Source of the DNA: a virus
IMG/VR virus record: IMGVR_UViG_3300042882_000881
Span: 1-64,000 of that record
DNA: 64,000 bases
Strand: one strand, 5' to 3'
The position numbers and the translations under genes were made by a program. The notes under the pieces are model-generated. The model had not been told where the DNA came from. It worked only from the letters and a program-made list of their open reading frames with translations, and searched no databases. Of this stretch, positions 29,795 through 37,800 are shown piece after piece (position 1 is the stretch's first letter; every line of letters begins with the position of its first letter).

Positions 29795-30438
29795 GACTAC
29801 AGCTTAAATTATTAGATAGCACTAAAGATATTGAAAGTAAAATATTAAAAGCGTTACTATCAGAAGTTTCTGATAGCATGAAAAAATATGCAAAAAATAT
29901 ATCCAAAGAAATAAAAGAATTAGTAGTATCAGCATTACAGAATAGTCCAGAATATCAATCATTAGTCTCAGGTTCGCTACAAGCAGAGTTTGGTATTCCA
30001 GATCCAGAAAATAGGCTCGTTGAATTATTAAATATATGGGCAAGAAATGCTTCTGTAACATTTGCGACCCCTACCATAACTGGTTCTAGAATCAAGGGGT
30101 ATTTTAGATTAGAGATGATTAAAGCTGATTTATCAGATGTTCTAGGTAGTGATCTTGCTATGGTAATTGATAGTAATAGTGGGAAAAGCTTACATTGGTT
30201 AGAGTGGTTAAGCTTAGCAGGAGATAAGACAATAATTAAAGACTATGATATAGTTTATGGTCCAAATAAAAGATCTCGTACAGGTCTTGCTATCATGAGA
30301 TCTCAGTCTGGAGCAAGATGGAAAGTTCCATCAGAATTTGCCGGTAATATAGGAGACAACTGGATAACACGATCAATAGACTCTATATCTGATTCTATAG
30401 ATATTGCAATACAATCTGGATTTAATAACTTTATATGA
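29791..30438 (+). CDS. Putative neck/tail-completion protein
   Basis: Position; WLEWL and DNWITR; ATGA overlap supports a start at 29791. Confidence 0.5.
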   Translation: MRLQLKLLDSTKDIESKILKALLSEVSDSMKKYAKNISKEIKELVVSALQNSPEYQSLVSGSLQAEFGIPDPENRLVELLNIWARNASVTFATPTITGSRIKGYFRLEMIKADLSDVLGSDLAMVIDSNSGKSLHWLEWLSLAGDKTIIKDYDIVYGPNKRSRTGLAIMRSQSGARWKVPSEFAGNIGDNWITRSIDSISDSIDIAIQSGFNNFI

Positions 30439-31379
30439 CATGCATAGTAAACAACAGATTCCAACACGTTGGATCATATACCGATCAACTAATATTAAAC
30501 TCATTAGAAGTTAATTTAAAACTATTTTTAGATCATTCATTTCTCACTATAGGATCATGGTCTGATGTATTATTAGATCAAGAAAATCTTATAACCTCTC
30601 CACTATGCAAACTAGAGATGGATGAAGATCCTTCATTTAAAAGAGGTCGAGTTTGGATAGCTGCCAGAAAAGATTGGATTTATGATTCTACATTAGTATT
30701 TGATGAAAGATCACCAATAGCTATTGATCAAATTATGGTGAATAATGTTGCGGTTACTAGTGGATATTATATTGACTATATTAATGGTAGAATAATATTT
30801 GATAATCCAAAACCCCCAACCTCATCTGTTAAAGTTTCTTTCTCGTATAGTAATATACAAACTCACAGATCATCAGATTGTAACTGGTGGAAAATTATAG
30901 AATCAGGCATAATTGAACCAAAAGATATGAAATCCACAGGAATTGGTCAATGGACAATTGGACCTTATCATAAAGTTCAAATGCCATGTATTGTTATTGA
31001 TGCTGTTCCAAGAGCACGAAATTTACCATATGAATTAGGATCAAAGTCTTTAAAAATTGAACAAGATGTATTATTCAATGTGTTAGCAGAAAATAAAAAT
31101 GACAGAAATCAATTACTAGATATAATTAGATTACAACATGATAATACCATATGGCTATTTGATACAAATAAAGCCGCTCAAGATAATAAGCTTCCGTTAA
31201 CCTATAATGGATCAATTAATCCTGAGGGATTGACCTATTTAGATCTAATTAATACTTATAAATGGGCTAAAACATATATAAAAAATGTAACATTATCAGA
31301 AATATCATCTATTAATGGTATTTATGAGGGTGTTGCACGAGCTACTTTCGAAATAATTTTTGATAGTTTTATAGATTAG
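30435..31379 (+). CDS. Putative tail terminator protein
   Basis: MPCIVID..PYELG..DVLFNVLAE..DRNQL pattern; immediately before the tail tube gene. Confidence 0.55.
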   Translation: MTCIVNNRFQHVGSYTDQLILNSLEVNLKLFLDHSFLTIGSWSDVLLDQENLITSPLCKLEMDEDPSFKRGRVWIAARKDWIYDSTLVFDERSPIAIDQIMVNNVAVTSGYYIDYINGRIIFDNPKPPTSSVKVSFSYSNIQTHRSSDCNWWKIIESGIIEPKDMKSTGIGQWTIGPYHKVQMPCIVIDAVPRARNLPYELGSKSLKIEQDVLFNVLAENKNDRNQLLDIIRLQHDNTIWLFDTNKAAQDNKLPLTYNGSINPEGLTYLDLINTYKWAKTYIKNVTLSEISSINGIYEGVARATFEIIFDSFID

Positions 31380-31385
31380 GTGTAT
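31380..31385 (+). promoter_or_regulatory. GTGTAT putative late promoter
   Basis: Intergenic, 43 nt before the tail tube ATG. Confidence 0.6.
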
Positions 31386-31422
31386 TAAAAAATATTCACA
31401 AGATTCTTAATGGAGTTATACA

Positions 31423-32583
31423 ATGCCAAATAATCGTATATATTATGCAATTCAACAAGTTTCAATGGGCCCATCTGGCGCTTCTGCACTTCACGGCCTA
31501 CAGAGCGTTGGTGTTACCAGTAACTTTAATCTAGAACAAATCTTCGAACTAGGTCAACTAGCAATTTACGAAAATTCAGAAACAACTCCAGAAGTTGAAG
31601 TTACTTTACAAAAAGTTCTTGATGGATATCCCTTAATTTATACATCAGCAACAGAATTAGGCTGCGCAGAAGGCAGCGGCTATGTAGCATCTGGTGCTGA
31701 CCTTGCTGGTCGCCAAAAGGCTAAAACAGATGTTTATTTAACAATTTGGCCAGACGATAAGCTTAGTGCTGGTTATAATGGTGCTAGCGCCCTTGCTGGA
31801 GGTTGTGCCGAATTAGTTTGCTCAGGTATGTATGTAAGCTCTGTTTCTTATACCTTCCCAGTAGAAGGCACATTTACCGAAGACGTTACTCTCGTTGGTA
31901 ATCAAAAGAGATGGAGATCAGCATCAATAAGTGGTAAGTTTACAGATAATGCTGATGCTCCAGCAGCAGTAACTGGTGTTGGTCGTAGACAAGATTTAAA
32001 CATGGGATCCAGCATTTTCCCAGATGATATTCCTGGTGTATCAGCTCAAGTATTCGCTGGTGGCTCATGTTCTGATCCAAGAATTTGTGGAACTTACGTT
32101 TCTGGTGGTGTTAACGCTCGCGTAACTGGCGAACAAGTTCAACAGGGCTTGTCCGCTGGTCACTCTGTACACTTTTCAAATATAACCGTTTCTTGTGACT
32201 TTGGTGGTCGTGAACCAATCTATGAACTAGGTTCATTAAAGCCATATTACAGATATGTTTCTTTCCCAATCGAAGTAACATCAGAATTTGAAATTACTGG
32301 TGTTCAAGGTGACTGCGTTGTTGTTGACGATGATCTTGGTGATGATGGCTCATACTGCCCAACAGAAACATCCAATCTAAGGAATCAAAAGATTGCGATT
32401 GTAACTTGCGAAGGCACAAGTATTGATCTTGGTCACAAGAATAAACTTCAATCAGTAAATTATACTGGTGGAGATACTGGTGGCGGTAATGTTACCATAA
32501 CATATAGCTATAGTAACTTTAATGATCTAGTTGTTGTTCATAATAGCTCAGATTCATTCCCAGGTCTTGGCGAAGGATCCTGA
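31423..32583 (+). CDS. Major tail tube protein
   Basis: GLQSVG..EQIFELG and a second EPIYELG motif (two-domain tube); high-expression codon bias; position. Confidence 0.7.
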   Translation: MPNNRIYYAIQQVSMGPSGASALHGLQSVGVTSNFNLEQIFELGQLAIYENSETTPEVEVTLQKVLDGYPLIYTSATELGCAEGSGYVASGADLAGRQKAKTDVYLTIWPDDKLSAGYNGASALAGGCAELVCSGMYVSSVSYTFPVEGTFTEDVTLVGNQKRWRSASISGKFTDNADAPAAVTGVGRRQDLNMGSSIFPDDIPGVSAQVFAGGSCSDPRICGTYVSGGVNARVTGEQVQQGLSAGHSVHFSNITVSCDFGGREPIYELGSLKPYYRYVSFPIEVTSEFEITGVQGDCVVVDDDLGDDGSYCPTETSNLRNQKIAIVTCEGTSIDLGHKNKLQSVNYTGGDTGGGNVTITYSYSNFNDLVVVHNSSDSFPGLGEGS

Positions 32584-32609
32584 TAAATAAAAACTAGGAC
32601 GATTGTGAT

Positions 32610-33659
32610 GTGGATAAGGACAAATTAATATTATCAAGAATTATTTCTGGGTCTTTAATCTTTAGATTTAAGGATCAATTACTATACTTGGTATATCCGT
32701 CATTATCTATAAAATATGAATCAGAGATATATTATGAGGACTTATATGATAAATATAAATTCTCTGATTGGATAGTAGAATCTGACATATTAAATATACT
32801 CAAGGAAAATAGATTGTGGTCGGATATGAATGAAAAGGAAATGTCTAATCTACAGAAGCAAATTGATCAAGTTAAAATAGAGTTATTTAAAAGCTTCTAT
32901 GCTACTAAAAAACAAAAAAGCATAAGAGCCAAATTAAATAATCTTAAAGAAACTTATCAGAAATATTATAATGTTCGTCATAGTCTTGACCATCTTACCG
33001 TAGAAGGTTTTTGTGAAAAATACAAAAATGACTATCTACTAATTCATAGTATATTTAAAAAACAAGATGGTGAATTAATTAGATTCTTTGATAATTTAAA
33101 TCCAGATAGTAAATTATTAGAAGATGTTACATATGAAATAGGCCAACATTCTATAGATATTCCAGTGTTTAGAAGAATAGCAAGAGGAGATCTATGGAGA
33201 ACATATTGGTCAGCCAATAAAAATTTCTTGTTTGAAAAAGCATCATCAGAATGGACAGATGAACAACGAACACTAGTAGTTTTCAGCAAGATGTATGACT
33301 CTGCTCATGAAAGTACTGAGCCTCCACCAGATCCAGTATTCGATGATGATGATATGTTTGATGGTTGGATATTATTGCAGAATGAAAATGCTAATAAAGA
33401 AAAACAAAAGAAAACTGAAGATAAAGCTCTTGGATCAAAAATGTCAAAGGCTCAGGAAGTATTTTTCATGGCTAATTCATCAAATGATGCTTCAGATATA
33501 CATGATATGAATTCTAGTGTTACTAAAGCTATTATTAATGAAAGAAATACATCCATATTGAAACATAAAGATATTGATGCCACTAAATTACCAGATACTC
33601 AAAGAGAAATTGCTAGCATGAATCAAGAAGCATTTAAAAATAAACTAAGGAATAAATAA
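32610..33659 (+). CDS. Hypothetical protein, probable tail assembly chaperone
   Basis: Between the tube and TMP genes; YDSAHES.EPP..DDDDMFDGW. Confidence 0.5.
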   Translation: MDKDKLILSRIISGSLIFRFKDQLLYLVYPSLSIKYESEIYYEDLYDKYKFSDWIVESDILNILKENRLWSDMNEKEMSNLQKQIDQVKIELFKSFYATKKQKSIRAKLNNLKETYQKYYNVRHSLDHLTVEGFCEKYKNDYLLIHSIFKKQDGELIRFFDNLNPDSKLLEDVTYEIGQHSIDIPVFRRIARGDLWRTYWSANKNFLFEKASSEWTDEQRTLVVFSKMYDSAHESTEPPPDPVFDDDDMFDGWILLQNENANKEKQKKTEDKALGSKMSKAQEVFFMANSSNDASDIHDMNSSVTKAIINERNTSILKHKDIDATKLPDTQREIASMNQEAFKNKLRNK

Positions 33660-33952
33660 TGAATAATAAAAATATAGAATATATACTAAGAAAAAAAATT
33701 GAAACAACAATGATTGGAGCATTAGCTAGATTTGAAGAAGGATTCGGAGATCTCTGGGGATATAATACAGATAATCCAAGTCAAGAGCAAATAAGAAATA
33801 AAATGATATGGGAAAGAATACGCAATGAAATATTAGATCATGGTAATAATCAATTGCGTAAAGGAATGTCAGAATTACAAGGAAACAAAGATTTTGACAA
33901 AGTAAAGTATTCGTACTATTATAAGTTTAATAACAAGGAGAATAATCAATGA
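33659..33952 (+). CDS. Hypothetical protein
   Basis: Translationally coupled ORF. Confidence 0.65.
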   Translation: MNNKNIEYILRKKIETTMIGALARFEEGFGDLWGYNTDNPSQEQIRNKMIWERIRNEILDHGNNQLRKGMSELQGNKDFDKVKYSYYYKFNNKENNQ

Positions 33953-34800
33953 AGTCTTTAGATTTTACATACTCAGTCAATGGTGTTGATAAGAAATTTT
34001 CAGTAGTATTACCATCCTCTGATGATCAAAAAGAGGCCAATAGGGTATACAATACCGCGTTTAGTGATGCTATAAAAGCCAAGGCTTTGGTCAGAGCAAA
34101 ATTAGACGATGTTCTTGTTGAACAAGGATTATGGGATGATAAAAAGCAAAAAGATTTCAATGATCTGCAAAATTCTATTCTTGAGGGAGAGAGAAGATTA
34201 GCTAAGGGTGGTATACAACTAACAGAAGCTAAAAAGGTGGCTCTACAAATGAAAAAAGATAGAGCAGACTTAAGAGATTTAATTTCGGTCAAAACCAATC
34301 TAGATACTCATACCGCAGAAGGTCAAGCTGATAATGCTAGATTTAATTATTTAGTATCATCCTGTTTGGTGTATTCTGATACTAAAGAGACTTACTTTAA
34401 AGGATATCAGGACTATTTAAGTAGGGCTGCTGAACCTGTTTCTATATTGGCTGCTCAGCATTTGGCTTCTATGTTGTATGGCTTAGACAGCGACTATGAA
34501 GAAAAATTGCCAGAGAATAAGTTTTTGATGAAATATAAATTTGTTAATGATAAATTAAGATTAATTAATAAAGATAATCAACTAATTGATGAAGAAGGCA
34601 GGCTAGTAGATGAAACCGGAAGATTCATTAATGACAAAGGAGAATTCGTTGACAAAGAAGGAAACGTTGTTAATGAAAAAGGAGATTATCTCTTCGAATT
34701 TCAGCCATTCTTGGATGAAAGCGGAAAGCCTATTGTCGAATCTGCTCCAATTAAAGAGTCAGAACCAGAAGAACTATCCAAAGAAGAATCGCCAACTTGA
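33949..34800 (+). CDS. Probable tail assembly chaperone with 7-aa repeats
   Basis: AGGAG RBS; directly upstream of the TMP; (I/V)(D/N)xxGxx repeats. Confidence 0.55.
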   Translation: MKSLDFTYSVNGVDKKFSVVLPSSDDQKEANRVYNTAFSDAIKAKALVRAKLDDVLVEQGLWDDKKQKDFNDLQNSILEGERRLAKGGIQLTEAKKVALQMKKDRADLRDLISVKTNLDTHTAEGQADNARFNYLVSSCLVYSDTKETYFKGYQDYLSRAAEPVSILAAQHLASMLYGLDSDYEEKLPENKFLMKYKFVNDKLRLINKDNQLIDEEGRLVDETGRFINDKGEFVDKEGNVVNEKGDYLFEFQPFLDESGKPIVESAPIKESEPEELSKEESPT

Positions 34801-34823
34801 TATCAATATACTAACTTTTAATC

Positions 34824-34865
34824 AAAAGATCCCATCTTCTACATTTAGAGGGTGGGATTTTTTTT
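34824..34865 (+). terminator. Intrinsic terminator-like hairpin just before the TMP RBS
   Basis: ATCCCATCTTCTA-CATT-TAGAGGGTGGGAT followed by a T-run; GGAGA follows immediately. Confidence 0.8.
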
Positions 34866-34876
34866 GGAGATAATTA

Positions 34877-37800
34877 ATGGCCAAAACCTTTAATCTTACT
34901 GCACAAATAAACTTACAAGGTCCAGCTAATATAAAGCCTATTGTAGCACAAATTAGGCGAGAGCTAGGAACCATAAATACTGCTATTGATATTAAGTTTG
35001 ATACTAAAGCAGCCAAAGGTGTTGACAATTTATCTCAAAAAATACAAAGTTTAAATAGCATATTAATTGAAACTACTAAAAATAGTCAAATATTAGCTTC
35101 TTCATTAAATAATCTTGGAACATCTATTAAAGGATTAGGATCTATTGGTAAGGTTAATAGTTCAGTTAGTAAAACCGCACAAAGTATAACTTCCACAGCA
35201 AAAGCTGTTAAAACAGCAAGTTCAGAAATGGAAGAGTTTGGTAAACAGTCTGCTCTTGCTGTACGAAGATTTGCAGCATTTAGCGTTGTTAGTGCTGGAG
35301 TATTTTCATTAGTTAATGCTGTTAGAAATGGAACTAAGGCTTTTATTGAATTTGATAAACAGCTTATTAGATTACAACAAGTTACTGGTGGTGGTAGCGT
35401 TGGTATCAAATCATTGAGAGACGAAATTATAAACTTAGCAACCACTCTTGGTGTTAGTAGTGAGTCATTAACAGAAGTTGCTGTTACTCTTGCTCAGGCC
35501 GGTTTGAGTGCCAAGGAAACTCAACAAGCACTTGCTGCTTTAGCTAAGACAGAATTGGCTCCGTCATTCGATAATATGACAGAAACCACAGAAGGTGCTA
35601 TTGCTGCAATGAGACAGTTTTCTATAGAAACAAAAGATTTAGAAAAAGTTTTAGGCTCTATTAATGCTGTTGCAGCAGCATTCGCTGTAGAATCTAGCGA
35701 TATCATTACCGCTATTCAAAGGGCTGGTGGAGCATTTGCTGCTTCTAGCAAGGGTGTTAGTGAAGGGGCTGATGCATTAAATGAATTTATTGCTATCTTT
35801 ACTAGCGTTAGAGCAACAACTCGTGAAAGCGCAGAAACTATTGCTACTGGCTTAAGAACAATTTTTACTCGTATTCAAAGAGGAAGCACAATTGACTTCC
35901 TAAGAGAATTTAATGTTGAATTAACTGATAGCGAAGGAAAATTCGTTGGTCCATATGAAGGAGTTAAAAGATTAAGTGAAGTATTAAAAACTTTAGATCC
36001 TAGAGATTTAAGATTTTCTCAAATTGTTGAAGAGCTTGGTGGATTCCGACAAATTGGTAAGGTTATTCCTTTAATTCAACAATTCGGAGAAGCACAAAAA
36101 GCATTAGGTGTTGCTCAAAGAGGACAAGGAAGCTTAACAGATGCTCAAGTTAAAGCTCAACAATCATTAGCTAATCAAATTGCTAAGGTTAGAGAACAAT
36201 TTCTAGCATTATCATATGCTGTAGGTGAAAGTCAAACATTCAAAAGCTTATTTAAAATAGTTATTGGTTTAACTAGTGGACTAATTAAATTAGCTAGCGT
36301 TTTTAAACCATTATTACCACTGATAGCAACACTTGGTATTATTCAAGGTGGTAAAGCATTAACTAAATTCGGTAGCGGTTTTATTAGTGGTATTAAAAAA
36401 GGGGGAGGAGCAGGAGGAGTTGGTACAAATCTGGGAGAAAGTCTTAGTGGCGTTAATAGCGAAAAAACTGCCATAGCAGCAGAAAAAACAGCATCCGCAT
36501 TAACAGATAATACTAAATCAATAACAACATTAACAGCAGCTGTTGAGTCTTTAACTCAAGCTATTAACTCTAGAGGCCCAGCCACACTTAATAATGGTGG
36601 AAAAGTAATGGCTTTTGCTAGAGGTGGAAGTGTTCCTGGATCTGGTAATAGAGATACTGTTCCAGCAATGCTTATGCCAGGAGAATTCGTTATACGAAAG
36701 AAAGCTGTTGAAAAACTTGGTGCTGATAATTTACACAAGATGAATAAGTATGCTTATGGTGGCACAGTTAAAGATTTAAGCAAATATTATAAATCTATTC
36801 CCACCAAAAAGGGTTATGAAAATCTTGAGAATCAACCAATAAGAGACAATTCTATATTTAAAGAAGTTAAACCAACTGATTTAACAACAGATCAGATAGA
36901 AGAGTGGAGAGGCAGCGATATTCCAAGATGGAAAAAATTTGAATATGTATTATCTAAAAACTATAATCTAGGACCACCAGCAGCTGAACAGTTTGCTTTA
37001 TTAGATTTTCCACAATCTAGATCAGAAGCAAAATTTATGAAGAAGGGCGATACATATGATGATTATGATTCTATTAAAGGTAATAATGAAGCAACCATAG
37101 CGGCTAAAAATTTTCTTTATGAAAATAGTTTACTATCAGGAAAAGCAAATCTTAAGCCAGACCAACTGCTGACCAGAGCAATAGCCAACAAACCAGTTAC
37201 TACATACTGGGCAGATCCAACAAAATTTGCCGCACAAGGTTTGAATAAGGGTGGATTAATTCAAAAATTCCTACTTGGTGGAACAGTAGAAGAAACCTCT
37301 AAGTTAGAGAATATGACTGTTCAAGATTCTGTCATAGCATGGCTAAAAGAACTTGGAGGAATTCAAGGAGTAAAAGATATTAGTGGCGTTGCTGGTAATG
37401 ATAGATCATTAGATAGCATTTTAAGATTAAATAATATCAAATCTGGAGACAATACTAAATTAAGTAAAGCTATTGAAGCCGTAGACAGAGCATTAGCTAA
37501 TAAAACTGCTAAAAAAGCTAGAGAAGCACAATCTATTAATAAGGCACTTAAGCTTGGTATTGTTGGATTAGAACCATTAGGATTTAGTCAAGATAGAGTA
37601 TTTGATACTGGATTTGGTAAAGCTGCTTTATTACTCAGAGGATTACCTAATAGTCCTGAGTATACTGATTTAGTTGGTAAAACCAGAGCCGGCGTTGCTA
37701 AATTATCAACAGATCTTGCTACTGGATTTCAAACTGCTACTGCTTTTGGAGGAAGTCAACCAATAGCATTAGATTTTGATGAAACATTAGTTAAAGGAGC

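Noticed and set aside
34610-34873. Alternative-frame ORF as a G/GT-type programmed frameshift product
   Set aside because: No convincing slippery site; the product runs through the terminator hairpin and looks like a shadow frame.
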